Position numbers and translations under genes: made by a program. Below the pieces are notes generated by a model. It was not told the DNA's origin and ran no database searches. It was given only the letters and a program-made list of their open reading frames with translations. Shown in pieces: positions 27,687 to 37,308 of a stretch of DNA of 62,652 bases. How positions within the stretch are numbered: position 1 is the stretch's first letter; each line of letters opens with the position of its first letter. Source of the DNA: Novosphingobium sp. (GTDB lineage Bacteria > Pseudomonadota > Alphaproteobacteria > Sphingomonadales > Sphingomonadaceae); contig JANOFJ010000150.1 in the NCBI GenBank assembly GCA_031413595.1, positions 1 to 62,652 on the forward strand, written 5' to 3'.

Positions 27687-28502
27687 ATGATGCGCCTGTT
27701 ACCTATTGCGCTGACGCTTGCTCTGCCGGTTGCGCTTTGGGCCTGTTCTGACGAGAAAACGGCGGCACCGATGCCAACCACCGGCGCTGCAACTCCTGCT
27801 GCGGCAGCCGCTGCCATTCCCAAGCCTGACGGCCAGGCGCGGACAATCAAAGTTTCGAACGAGCTTTACGAATTCGAATATTCCTACCCCGCACAGGCGG
27901 CCGCCATTCCTGCGCTGAAGGCGATGCTCGATGCCGATCTCACCCGGCAGCAGGCCGAACTGACCAAGGAGGCCAGGGAAGAAGCACAAGCCGCCAAGGC
28001 CAGCGACTTTCCTTTCCGCCCGCACAGCCGCTCTTACAACTGGCAGGTGGTGACAGAAACCCCCGGCTGGCTAAGTCTGTCATCGCAGGTCGGGGCCTAT
28101 ACCGGCGGGGCCCATCCCAACTACTGGTTTTCCGCGATTCTGTGGGACAAGAGCGCGGGGCAGGCCCGACCGGCACTTGCTCTGTTCGCCGCGAAAGAGG
28201 CGCTGTCGAACGCGATCCGTAAGCCCTTTTGCGTCGAGCTCAACCGTCAGCGCGCCAAGAAACGCGGTGCGCCGGTAAATCCGGCCAGCAGTGAAATGTT
28301 CGACGAATGCATCGATCCGCTGGCGCAGACGGTAATTCTGGGCTCATCAAACGGGCGGAGTTTCAACCGGATTGGGATATTGGTCCCACCCTATGAGGCC
28401 GGCCCCTACGCGGAAGGCGCCTATGAGGTGACGTTACCGGTCAGTGCGGCGGTGGTGGCGGCGGTGAAGGGTGAATATCGGCCGAGTTTTGAGGTCAAGT
28501 GA
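27687..28502 (+). CDS. lipoprotein, DUF3298/DUF4163 (RsiV/PdaC-N-like)
   Basis: lipobox LWAC, YTGGAHPN and PYEAGPYAEG motifs. Confidence 0.78.
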   Translation: MMRLLPIALTLALPVALWACSDEKTAAPMPTTGAATPAAAAAAIPKPDGQARTIKVSNELYEFEYSYPAQAAAIPALKAMLDADLTRQQAELTKEAREEAQAAKASDFPFRPHSRSYNWQVVTETPGWLSLSSQVGAYTGGAHPNYWFSAILWDKSAGQARPALALFAAKEALSNAIRKPFCVELNRQRAKKRGAPVNPASSEMFDECIDPLAQTVILGSSNGRSFNRIGILVPPYEAGPYAEGAYEVTLPVSAAVVAAVKGEYRPSFEVK

Positions 28503-28544
28503 GCCATCTCGTAATTTGCCAATTGCAATGCTACATGGAGTGAC

Positions 28545-29369
28545 ATGACCCAATACCAGACCCTTGCCGAAAATGAGACCGTGCTGCGCGATGGCACGAT
28601 CAAGCTGCACGGCGCCGCTGCCTTCGAAGGAATGCGCAAAGCGGGGCGGCTGGCGGCCGAGATCCTTGATGCGATGGTGCCTTTGGTGCGCCCAGGGGTA
28701 ACCACCGGTGCGCTCGACGATGTGGTGCAGGCGATGACGCTGGCGGGCGGAGCGGTGCCCGCAACGCTCGGTTATCGCGGCTTCGCACACAGCTGCTGCA
28801 CCTCGATCAACCATGTCGTTTGCCATGGAATCCCTTCGGACAAGGTGCTGAGGGACGGCGATATTATCAATATCGACGTCACCCCGCTGCTCGATGGCTG
28901 GCACGGCGACAGCAGCCGGATGTATCTGGTGGGTGATGTTTCGCTGAAAGCCAAACGGCTGATCGATGTAACCTATGAGTGCCTGATGATTGGCATCGAA
29001 CAGGCCAGGCCCGGGGCGCGGCTGGGCGATATTGGCGCGGCAATCCAGAAACATGCCGAGGGCAACCGCTATGGAGTGGTCCGCGAGTTTTGCGGGCACG
29101 GGCTGGGCCGGTTGTTCCACGATGCGCCCGAAGTGGTCCATGCGGCCCGTGCCGGCACCGGACCGGAACTGCGCCCCGGCATGTTCTTCACGATCGAGCC
29201 GATGATCAACCTTGGCAAGCCGGCAGTGAAGATGCTGGAAGACGGCTGGACAGCTGTAACCCGCGATCGCTCGCTCTCGGCGCAGTTCGAACATTCGATC
29301 GGCATCACCGAAACTGGCTGCGAAATTTTCACGGCCAGTCCCACGGGGCTGGACAAACCGCCCTATTGA
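28545..29369 (+). CDS. map: methionine aminopeptidase type I
   Basis: CTSIN.VVCHGIP, DGWHGDSSR, GHGLG..FH, FTIEPMIN, SAQFEH. Confidence 0.97.
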   Translation: MTQYQTLAENETVLRDGTIKLHGAAAFEGMRKAGRLAAEILDAMVPLVRPGVTTGALDDVVQAMTLAGGAVPATLGYRGFAHSCCTSINHVVCHGIPSDKVLRDGDIINIDVTPLLDGWHGDSSRMYLVGDVSLKAKRLIDVTYECLMIGIEQARPGARLGDIGAAIQKHAEGNRYGVVREFCGHGLGRLFHDAPEVVHAARAGTGPELRPGMFFTIEPMINLGKPAVKMLEDGWTAVTRDRSLSAQFEHSIGITETGCEIFTASPTGLDKPPY

Positions 29370-30029
29370 TCAGCCGCGGGCGGCGCGGATGGCTGCCCCT
29401 GCCGCAAAAGGCGCGATGGCCAGCAACACCAGGCTGACCGCGCCGGTCAGTGCTATCCCGCTTGTCCCGCCAGTCGAAAGGCTCCCCGCGCCAAAAATCA
29501 GCAACGGAACCGCCAGCGGGATCACCAGCAACCCAGCCAGCGCCGCGCCGCCGCGCAGGCCGGCGGTCAGTGCCGCCACGGTAACCCCCAGCGCGGCCAG
29601 GCCCGGTGTTCCGGCCAGCAGTCCCAGTTCGACCAGCCGCAACTTCGCGCCATCAAGGCCCAGCAGCGCCGCCGCAGGCACGGACGCCAGCATGAGGGGG
29701 GGGCCGAAGCTTAGCCAATGCGCCAGCATGCGCACCGCGATGATCCATTCCTCGGTAATTCCGCGCATGGCCCACTGATCGAAAAAGCCTTGCTCCAGAT
29801 CAGGCTCGACCAGCCGGTCAAGTGGCAGGATCGCAGCGAGCAGGGCCGCCACCCAGATCACCCCGCCGCCGGTCCGGCCGAGCAGGGCCGCATCGGGGCC
29901 AACCGCGAAGGGAAACAACATGGCGACCGACAGGAAGAACAACAGCGGCAACACCGTGCCGCCCTTGCGCCCGCCCAGGAGCAGCAGCGCCAGATCGCGG
30001 CGCAGGATGACGACGAGCCGGGCCATCAT
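29370..30029 (-). CDS. ccmB: heme exporter protein CcmB
   Basis: RRDL, FPFAVGPD, D.EQG..D, LVIPLAVPLLIFG; downstream of ccmA. Confidence 0.9.
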   Translation of the reverse strand: MMARLVVILRRDLALLLLGGRKGGTVLPLLFFLSVAMLFPFAVGPDAALLGRTGGGVIWVAALLAAILPLDRLVEPDLEQGFFDQWAMRGITEEWIIAVRMLAHWLSFGPPLMLASVPAAALLGLDGAKLRLVELGLLAGTPGLAALGVTVAALTAGLRGGAALAGLLVIPLAVPLLIFGAGSLSTGGTSGIALTGAVSLVLLAIAPFAAGAAIRAARG

Positions 30030-30604
30030 GGCGCGTGGTCTTCGAGCGCCAGCTGGCGCATTCCCGCCAGTTCAAACCGCTGGTGCGAGGCGATCACGCA
30101 GATACCCCCTGCTGCCAGATGCTCTGCCGCCAATTGCTGGGTCAGCGTTGCCGCCACCTGATCAAGCCCGTTGAGCGGCTCGTCGAGCAGCCAGACGGCT
30201 GCGCGTTGACCGATCAGGCGGGCCAGCGCGGCGCGTTTTTTCTGGCCGGTCGAAAGATAGCGAACCGGAACTACATCAAGCCCGATCAGTCCAAGTCGGG
30301 CCATTTCATTGTCCGCCGGCCCATCGAGCCGCTGCCAGAAGCCGAGCGCGCGGCCCAGCGGCAGATGGGGATCAAGCGCGGGGCGCTCGTCGATCAGGCC
30401 GATGGTCCCGGTGCATTCCACCTTGCCGGCATAGGCTGGCAGCAATCCGGCCAGGATCCGCAGCAGGCTCGATTTGCCGATCCCATTGGCCCCGCTGATC
30501 TGCACCGCCTCGCCCGGACCAAGCGCCAACGACAACCCGCGAAACAGCATACGCTCGCCGCGGCGGCAGGCGAGATCGGTCGCGGAGAGGCGGCATGCTT
30601 GCAT
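30026..30604 (-). CDS. ccmA: heme ABC exporter ATP-binding protein CcmA
   Basis: LAC.RGER.LF, Walker A GANGIGKS, LSTGQKKR, WLLDEP. Confidence 0.92.
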   Translation of the reverse strand: MQACRLSATDLACRRGERMLFRGLSLALGPGEAVQISGANGIGKSSLLRILAGLLPAYAGKVECTGTIGLIDERPALDPHLPLGRALGFWQRLDGPADNEMARLGLIGLDVVPVRYLSTGQKKRAALARLIGQRAAVWLLDEPLNGLDQVAATLTQQLAAEHLAAGGICVIASHQRFELAGMRQLALEDHAP

Positions 30605-30667
30605 GGCCGGTCGCGATAGGGGAAAGGTGGCAGCCTGCCAAGGATGGCCCTGCCAAGGAGAGCGAGA

Positions 30668-30958
30668 ATGTCTATTCCCCGCCTGACCGATGCGATGCGT
30701 GATGCGCTGCTGGCCGCGCACCCCGACTGGCAACTGCGCGCTGACGGCCTGGCGGTAACGCGGACGTTCAAATTCGCCGACTTCAACGAAGCCTTCGGTT
30801 TCATGGCCCGCGTCGCGCTCCATGCCGAAAAGGCTGACCACCACCCAGAGTGGTTCAACGTCTACAACCGGGTGGAAATCACGCTCACCACCCATGATGC
30901 AGGCGGGCTGAGTTCCCGCGATGCAGCGATGGTGGAGGCGATCGAGGGGGTGATCTAA
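30668..30958 (+). CDS. phhB: pterin-4-alpha-carbinolamine dehydratase
   Basis: [32 protein letters not shown]. Confidence 0.93.
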   Translation: MSIPRLTDAMRDALLAAHPDWQLRADGLAVTRTFKFADFNEAFGFMARVALHAEKADHHPEWFNVYNRVEITLTTHDAGGLSSRDAAMVEAIEGVI

Positions 30959-31758
30959 CCCAGCGAGCGGCTCATTTCCCGGCTCCGTTTGCGGATCAGG
31001 CTCGGCATCCAGCGCGCAGTGAAGGCGAGTTGCCGGGCGGTCTTGCCGACGACCGTATGCAGCTTCTCGCCGTGGACCGCGCCCCAGGCGGCCTCGGCGA
31101 CATCTTCCGCAGAAGTCAGCTCCAGTCCGGCATCGCGGACCCGGTCGCGGATTGCCTGGTTGCTGCCCTGGTTGGGGGCATGATCGAGCAGCGGGGTGTC
31201 GATAAAGCTGGGCATCAGATCGCAGACCTTGATGCCATCTGTCGCCCATTCGGCGTCGAGCGATTCGGTGATTGCCCGGACCCCGAATTTGGTCGCCGAA
31301 TAGATCGAAGCCCCGCCGGTGCCATAGATCCCCGCAGCGCTGGCAGTGTTGAGCAGGCAGCTGCCCGGCGCGGTTTTCTTGAGATGCGGGTAAGCCGCCT
31401 GCGCGCCAAAAATCACACCCTTCAGGTTAATATCGAGGCAACGCTCGATCTCTGCGGTTGAATTTTCGGCAAGCAATCCGCCGAGCGGAACCCCGGCGTT
31501 GTTGAACAGCACATCGATGCGGCCTCCGGCAGCGATCGAAAAGGAATCCAGGCTTGCATCCCAGGCAGGCCGGTCGCGCACGTCAAGTTTCACGGAAAAG
31601 CTGTAGCCGCCAGGCAGCAGTGCTTCGGTTGCAGCCATGCCAGCCTCGTCGATGTCAGCAAGGCCGATGAACCAGCCGCGCGCCCCAAACAGCTGTGCCA
31701 CCGCACGGCCGATGCCCGAGCCGCCGCCGGTGATGAAAATTGCCCTGCGCTGCGTCAA
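30955..31758 (-). CDS. SDR family oxidoreductase
   Basis: [17 protein letters not shown]. Confidence 0.92.
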   Translation of the reverse strand: MTQRRAIFITGGGSGIGRAVAQLFGARGWFIGLADIDEAGMAATEALLPGGYSFSVKLDVRDRPAWDASLDSFSIAAGGRIDVLFNNAGVPLGGLLAENSTAEIERCLDINLKGVIFGAQAAYPHLKKTAPGSCLLNTASAAGIYGTGGASIYSATKFGVRAITESLDAEWATDGIKVCDLMPSFIDTPLLDHAPNQGSNQAIRDRVRDAGLELTSAEDVAEAAWGAVHGEKLHTVVGKTARQLAFTARWMPSLIRKRSREMSRSLG

Positions 31759-31791
31759 TTTAGTCCTCCCAAGTCCATCCTCAAACGCGAC

Positions 31792-32409
31792 TTACAGCGC
31801 CGGGTTGTTATAACAATGCCAAGTGAAGATCGCTGCGGCGCCGCGGTGCGGGCGCCATGATTCGGCTAGCGCGCGGGTGGTTTTTTCGTCCGGCCGCTCG
31901 GGCAGGGCGAGGATTTTGTGCAAGCCAGCTTGCACTGCAAGATCGCCCGCCGGCCATATATCCGCGCGCCCTTCGGCGAACAGCAGATAGATCTCGGCTG
32001 ACCAGCGCCCGATCCCCTTGATCCGGGTCAGCTCGGCTATGGCTGCCTCATCATCGGCTGGAAGCGCATCGAGATTGAGTGTTCCGGTCACCACCAATTC
32101 GCACAAGGACCGCAGATAGCCTTGCTTCTGGCGCGAGAGGCCGCATGCCCTGAGTTCGTCAAACTCGGCTGCAAGTACTTGTTCGGGCGGCAGATCGTCA
32201 CCGAGAAACGCCTCGAACTTGCGCCACATCGAAGCCGCTGCCGCAACGCTTACCTGCTGGCCGACAATTGTCCGCATCAGCGTCGCATAGCCCCGCTCGC
32301 GGATCCGCGGCTCGGGATAGCCTGCCCGCGCAAGCGCTTCGGCCATGGCCGGTTCCTGGCCAGCGAGCGCATCGAGACCCGCCTTGATCGCATCTGCACT
32401 AAGCCCCAT
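31792..32409 (-). CDS. alkA: DNA-3-methyladenine glycosylase II family (HhH-GPD)
   Basis: [32 protein letters not shown]; start ATG 32409. Confidence 0.88.
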   Translation of the reverse strand: MGLSADAIKAGLDALAGQEPAMAEALARAGYPEPRIRERGYATLMRTIVGQQVSVAAAASMWRKFEAFLGDDLPPEQVLAAEFDELRACGLSRQKQGYLRSLCELVVTGTLNLDALPADDEAAIAELTRIKGIGRWSAEIYLLFAEGRADIWPAGDLAVQAGLHKILALPERPDEKTTRALAESWRPHRGAAAIFTWHCYNNPAL

Positions 32410-32497
32410 CACTTTCACCCGCTTGCCAAAGGAAGTGCTAGCCATTAGCAGCCCGGCCAAAGCGCGAACAGGCGCGAATGGAAAAGGAAGCATGGGC

Positions 32498-32815
32498 ATG
32501 CCCAATCTGGTGGTGGTCAACCGCGCAGGCGAAGAGAAGACAGTCGAGGCGGCGGTCGGGCTGTCGGTGATGGAAGCAATCCGTGACAATGGCTTTGACG
32601 AGCTGCTGGCGCTGTGCGGCGGTTGCTGCAGCTGTGCGACTTGCCACATCGAGGTTGATCCTGCGTTTGCGGACAAGCTTCCGGCGATGAGCGAAGACGA
32701 GAATGATCTGCTCGATAGCTCGGATCACCGCGGGCCGAACTCGCGCCTGTCGTGCCAGTTGCAGATGACTGCCGCGCTCGATGGTCTGCGCGTGATCATT
32801 GCTCCGGAAGACTGA
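32498..32815 (+). CDS. fdx: 2Fe-2S ferredoxin (adrenodoxin/putidaredoxin type)
   Basis: [11 protein letters not shown] and SRLSCQ. Confidence 0.93.
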   Translation: MPNLVVVNRAGEEKTVEAAVGLSVMEAIRDNGFDELLALCGGCCSCATCHIEVDPAFADKLPAMSEDENDLLDSSDHRGPNSRLSCQLQMTAALDGLRVIIAPED

Positions 32816-32878
32816 AGTTTAGGCAGGCGAAGTGTAATTGATTTGCGCCAGATGAAGGACGATCTTACGTCTGGGGCC

Positions 32879-33874
32879 ATGACTGGTCCGCTCATCGCCA
32901 ACAACACGCTCGAACTCATTGGCAATACGCCGCTTGTCCTGCTGGCGGGTCCAAGCGAAGCGGCTGGCTGCGAGATCTGGGGCAAGTGTGAATTCGCCAA
33001 TCCCGGCGCCTCGGTCAAAGACCGCGCGGCGCTGTGGATCGTGCGCGATGCTGAGATGCGCGGAACGCTGAAGCCCGGCGGAACAATCGTTGAGGGTACT
33101 GCCGGCAATACCGGGATCGGCCTCGCACTGGTCGCCAATGCGCTGGGCTACAAGACGGTGATCGTCATGCCCGAAACCCAATCGCGCGAGAAAATGGACA
33201 CGCTGCGGGCGCTGGGCGCAGAACTGGTGCTGGTCCCGGCTGCGCCCTTTTCCAACCCGGGGCATTTTGTACATACCTCCCGCCGGCTTGCAGAAGAGAC
33301 CGAAGGCGCGGTCTGGGCCAATCAGTTTGACAATGTCGCCAACCGCAAGGCCCATATTGAAAGCACTGCGCCCGAGATCTGGGAACAGATGGACGGGAAG
33401 ATCGACGGCTTCACCTGTTCAGCCGGCACCGGCGGAACGATTGCCGGGGTCGGTCTTGGGCTCAAGGCGTTCGATGAAAAGGTGACGATCGCGCTGACCG
33501 ATCCGCACGGCGCGGCGCTGTTCAACTATTACGCGCATGGCGAGCTCAAGGCTGAGGGGAGCTCGGTCGCCGAAGGGATCGGGCAGGGGCGGATCACCGC
33601 CAATCTCGAAGGCGCGCCAATTGATACCCAGTTTCGCATCTCGGACGAGGAAGGGCTGGAGTGGGTCGCCCGGCTGCTGAAGGATGAGGGGCTGTGCCTG
33701 GGCCTGTCCTCGGGGATCAATGTCGCCGGTGCGATTGCGCTGGGCGGGCAACTTGGAAAAGGGTCGCGGGTCGCAACAATCCTGTGCGATACCGGGTTCC
33801 GCTATCTCTCGTCGCTCTACAATGCCGAGTGGCTGAAGGCGAAGGGATTGCCGATCTTCCCCTGGCTTGCATGA
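32879..33874 (+). CDS. cysK: cysteine synthase (PLP)
   Basis: IGNTPLV, NPGASVKDR, EGTAGNTGIG, GTGGT, EGIG, LCDTG.RYLS. Confidence 0.9.
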   Translation: MTGPLIANNTLELIGNTPLVLLAGPSEAAGCEIWGKCEFANPGASVKDRAALWIVRDAEMRGTLKPGGTIVEGTAGNTGIGLALVANALGYKTVIVMPETQSREKMDTLRALGAELVLVPAAPFSNPGHFVHTSRRLAEETEGAVWANQFDNVANRKAHIESTAPEIWEQMDGKIDGFTCSAGTGGTIAGVGLGLKAFDEKVTIALTDPHGAALFNYYAHGELKAEGSSVAEGIGQGRITANLEGAPIDTQFRISDEEGLEWVARLLKDEGLCLGLSSGINVAGAIALGGQLGKGSRVATILCDTGFRYLSSLYNAEWLKAKGLPIFPWLA

Positions 33875-33893
33875 TCGGCTAGTCTGGCACGCA

Positions 33894-34256
33894 ATGGCCA
33901 GTCAACCTTCCCCCATGGCGCTTGAGTCGCGAGCCAATCCTCCGCTTGCGCAAGCGCCGGTCAATCCCCTGCATTTCGTGCCGCCAACGGCGCGTGAGCT
34001 CCGCGGCGAGTCGGTGCAGCGTTTGCAGGTCGGGCTATTCGGGCTGGCGATGATGTTGCTGTTGGTCGGGCTGGCCAATATCATCATGGACCGGGCCCGG
34101 ATGGCGGATGTGGCGGCTGGCGGCATGCCACAAGTAGACGCCAGCGCGGATGCAGGGCTCAAGACTGACCCGCTGGCGGATATTGGCGTGGTGCCATCGG
34201 CCGACGGCGGAGCAAGCAATGCGCCGGCCCCCGCGCCCGGCGATGCGCGCCGTTAA
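33894..34256 (+). CDS. single-TM hypothetical protein
   Basis: QRLQVGLFGL.. TM segment, DPLADIGVVP; fills the gap between cysK and the next gene; start uncertain. Confidence 0.7.
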   Translation: MASQPSPMALESRANPPLAQAPVNPLHFVPPTARELRGESVQRLQVGLFGLAMMLLLVGLANIIMDRARMADVAAGGMPQVDASADAGLKTDPLADIGVVPSADGGASNAPAPAPGDARR

Positions 34257-34977
34257 ACGCATCCGTACGCTTGCTGTCGCCACGCTGGTGCTTGTGCTGG
34301 CAGGCGGCTGGCTGATTGCGCGGGAAGGCTCCGTGCAGCGGCAGCCGGTTGGCCTGTTTACCAGCCTGCCGATATTGTGGAACGAAGCAACCGACGTCGC
34401 CGGACAGCTCAAATCCGATACTCCTCCGCATTGGGCAAAGGCGGCTTTGGCTGAGCGCGGCGATATTGTTGCGCTGGACCGGCTGGATGCCGTTTCGATC
34501 AAGGGGCTGGGCCGGCTGGCCATCGCGCAGCCGCGGCCGCTCAGTCCCGATGAAAACGTCGCGCTGGATGACTGGGTCAAGCGCGGGGGTAAGCTGCTGC
34601 TGCTGGCCGATCCGGCGTTGACCGCCGAATCCGCCTTTTCGCTGGCCGACCCGCGTCAGCCGCAGGCAGTGGCCATGCTCTCGCCGATCCTCCACCGCTG
34701 GGGGCTGGTGCTTGAGTTCGACGAAGCCCAGACCTTCGGGGAGCATTCTGTGAAGGTTATGGACGTGGCAGTGCCGGTTAATTTGCCTGGCCGCTTCGTG
34801 CTGACGGGCGCATCGAACTGCCGCAGTTGGGGCGCGGGGCTGGCGGTCAGTTGCGCGGTCGGCAATGGCCGGGTGATCGCCCTGGCCGATGCGGCGCTGC
34901 TCGATCAGGAGGATCCGGACGGCAGCCGCCGCAATGCCCTCGACTGGCTGCTGACCGCCACTTTCGCCGGCCGCTGA
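34243..34977 (+). CDS. membrane-anchored GldG/DUF4350-like protein
   Basis: N-terminal TM, AQPR.LSP.ENVALDDWV..GG.LLLLADP, G.GRVIALAD. Confidence 0.68.
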   Translation: MRAVKRIRTLAVATLVLVLAGGWLIAREGSVQRQPVGLFTSLPILWNEATDVAGQLKSDTPPHWAKAALAERGDIVALDRLDAVSIKGLGRLAIAQPRPLSPDENVALDDWVKRGGKLLLLADPALTAESAFSLADPRQPQAVAMLSPILHRWGLVLEFDEAQTFGEHSVKVMDVAVPVNLPGRFVLTGASNCRSWGAGLAVSCAVGNGRVIALADAALLDQEDPDGSRRNALDWLLTATFAGR

Positions 34978-35005
34978 AACGCACCATTTGGGGAAATCGC
35001 GGGAC

Positions 35006-35168
35006 GATTCTCGCGGAGTCGCAGATTCGCGCCCTAAATGGCTGATTTTCATGCGGAACAAATAGAAAACGGCGTCGTTGTTAAGATGATTTGTTAAGAT
35101 TCGAATCTAGATAAACCAACTATTTACCGTTCTATCCCGTGTTTTCCCGCAATTTTCCCTTCCATCCC
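35006..35168 (+). promoter_or_regulatory. dcw promoter region: GANTC cluster and phased TCCC (GGGA) boxes
   Basis: GANTC at 35006, 35016, 35024, 35098, 35103; TTGTTAAGAT twice (35078, 35091); TCCC at 35135, 35145, 35156, 35165. Confidence 0.6.
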
Positions 35169-35315
35169 TGAATTAGCAGCGTTAAGGACAATGCTCATCG
35201 ATACCTGATTTCCAAGCTGCACCTGCGAGGGGTGAGCTGGCCGCGAGGGCGCGCGGCCGGAATAGGGAGAGTTTTGTGGGTTATTGCGACTAACCCAGGG
35301 GTTGAGGCGGGGTAC

Positions 35316-35816
35316 GTGGAGGGACAGGCGATCAGTTACAGTGGCCAGGGCTTTTCGCTTCGCGGCGAAAAGGGTCGCTTCGTACTGCCGCCGCAGTTCC
35401 GCAAATCGGTTCGCGAATCCTCCGAGGGCAACCGTACCCTGTGCCTCGCCAAGCATGAGCGCTGGAATTGCCTGACCGGCTTTGGCCTGTCGCGCAAGGA
35501 TGCCTTTACCGCCCAGATCGACCGCGAGGAAATGCTCGCCATCCAGCGCGGCCATGAGTTCGACCGCGATCTGCGTCAGATCCAGCTGTTTGGCTTCACC
35601 GAAGTTCCGTTCGATGACAGCGGCCGGTTTGTCCTGCCCGATCACCTGCTTGACCTTGGCCGGGTAGGCGATGGTTTGTTCTTCCAGGGCGCAGGCGATT
35701 TTTTCGCCCTGTGGAACCCGCAAGAAATCGCTGCCATGGGCGCCGGCTGGGAAGGCGCAAAGGCTGCCTGCGCCATGCTGGCAGCCGAAGCGGCAAACGG
35801 GAAGGGCCGCAAATGA
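35316..35816 (+). CDS. mraZ: division/cell wall cluster transcriptional regulator MraZ
   Basis: two AbrB-like repeats ([17 protein letters not shown]), G.GDFF.LW; first gene of dcw; GTG start 35316. Confidence 0.88.
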   Translation: MEGQAISYSGQGFSLRGEKGRFVLPPQFRKSVRESSEGNRTLCLAKHERWNCLTGFGLSRKDAFTAQIDREEMLAIQRGHEFDRDLRQIQLFGFTEVPFDDSGRFVLPDHLLDLGRVGDGLFFQGAGDFFALWNPQEIAAMGAGWEGAKAACAMLAAEAANGKGRK

Positions 35817-36778
35817 CCGGCCCCGCACTTGGCCCTGTGCACGTGCCGGTCTTACTGGATGAAGTGATTGCCGGTCTTGCTCCCACCTCTGGCGCGGTGA
35901 TTGTCGATGCCACTTTTGGCGCTGGCGGATATACCCGCCGCTTGCTCGATGCCGGGGCAACGGTCCACGCCTTCGATCGCGATCCCGATGCTATCGCGCT
36001 TGGCAGAAACTGGCCCGAAACCCGCGAAGACCCGCCCCGCCTGGTGCTTCATCTGCGCCGGTTTTCGGAAATGGCCGAGGCCTTGGCCGAAGCCGGGATC
36101 GCCCAGGTCGATGGCATTACTATGGATATCGGCGTTTCCTCGATGCAGCTCGATCAGGTAGGGCGCGGCTTTGCCTTCGCCAGCAACGGCCCGCTTGATA
36201 TGCGGATGGCGCAGGAAGGGCCGAGCGCGGCCGATTTCGTCAACACTGCCGATGAAGCCGAAATTGCCGATGTGCTGTTCCATTACGGCGAAGAGCGCCA
36301 GTCGCGGCGTGTTGCGCGCGCGATCGTCGCGGCGCGCCCGCTGGTCACAACAGGCGAGCTCGCGGCCGTTATCCGCAAGGCGCTCGGCCACCGCCAGGGG
36401 GCTCCGAAGGATCCCGCAACCCGCAGCTTCCAGGCAATCCGCATCCATGTGAACGCCGAGCTGGACGAGCTCAATCATGGCCTTGCCGCCGCTGAGGGCC
36501 TGCTAAAGCCGGGCGGGCGGCTGGCAGTGGTCTGTTTCCACAGCCTGGAAGACCGGATCGTCAAACAGTTCCTGCGCGAGGCCAGCGGGGCAGGTACCAG
36601 CACTTCGCGCCACCTGCCGCAGCTGGCATCCGCCGCCGCGCCGGTCTTCACCCAGCTATCCAAGGCGATCCGGCCGTCTGCAGCCGAACTGCTTCGCAAC
36701 CCGCGCTCACGCTCGGCGACACTGCGCGCGGCCACGCGCACGGACGCACCGCCACGCGACGAAAGGAAAGCGGCATGA
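35813..36778 (+). CDS. rsmH: 16S rRNA m4C1402 methyltransferase
   Basis: [55 protein letters not shown]. Confidence 0.97.
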   Translation: MTGPALGPVHVPVLLDEVIAGLAPTSGAVIVDATFGAGGYTRRLLDAGATVHAFDRDPDAIALGRNWPETREDPPRLVLHLRRFSEMAEALAEAGIAQVDGITMDIGVSSMQLDQVGRGFAFASNGPLDMRMAQEGPSAADFVNTADEAEIADVLFHYGEERQSRRVARAIVAARPLVTTGELAAVIRKALGHRQGAPKDPATRSFQAIRIHVNAELDELNHGLAAAEGLLKPGGRLAVVCFHSLEDRIVKQFLREASGAGTSTSRHLPQLASAAAPVFTQLSKAIRPSAAELLRNPRSRSATLRAATRTDAPPRDERKAA

Positions 36779-37308
36779 ACCTGAACCGCGACCGTCTCCG
36801 TTCGATTGGCTGGGTGGCCATCCTGACCGTATGCTTGGCGATTACACTGGTCCTGACCTTGCGCGTCAATGCCGTGAAGAGCCAGGTCCGGCTTGCCGAG
36901 CGCGAGATCGTGGCGCTGCGGCAGGAACGGCTTTTCCTGGAAACCGAGTTCGAAACCCGCGCCAACCAGCAGCAGCTGAAAACGCTCAACGACGTCGAGT
37001 TTGGCTATGAAGCACCGACATCGGCCCAGTATCTGGAAAACGAACGTCAGCTTTCCGCGTACGGCAAGCCGCGCGGTGCTGGAGCGCCACCGCCGATCCG
37101 GGTGGCCAGCGTTGCCGGACTTCAGGACGACATCGGCTTTCCCGCAATGGTCTCGCCGCTTACCGGCAAGGCCATGGTCAGCGATGCCCTGGTTGGCAAG
37201 GCGGAGGCAGCCGAACCACCACGGGACGGAGAACGCAAGCCAGCCAGTGCCGCCAATCTGCGCGATCGCCTTTCGCAAGTCGATCAGCCGGAGCGGACGG
37301 GGGAATGA
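36775..37308 (+). CDS. ftsL: cell division protein FtsL-like
   Basis: short N-terminus, one TM, heptad coiled coil; position between rsmH and ftsI. Confidence 0.7.
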   Translation: MNLNRDRLRSIGWVAILTVCLAITLVLTLRVNAVKSQVRLAEREIVALRQERLFLETEFETRANQQQLKTLNDVEFGYEAPTSAQYLENERQLSAYGKPRGAGAPPPIRVASVAGLQDDIGFPAMVSPLTGKAMVSDALVGKAEAAEPPRDGERKPASAANLRDRLSQVDQPERTGE

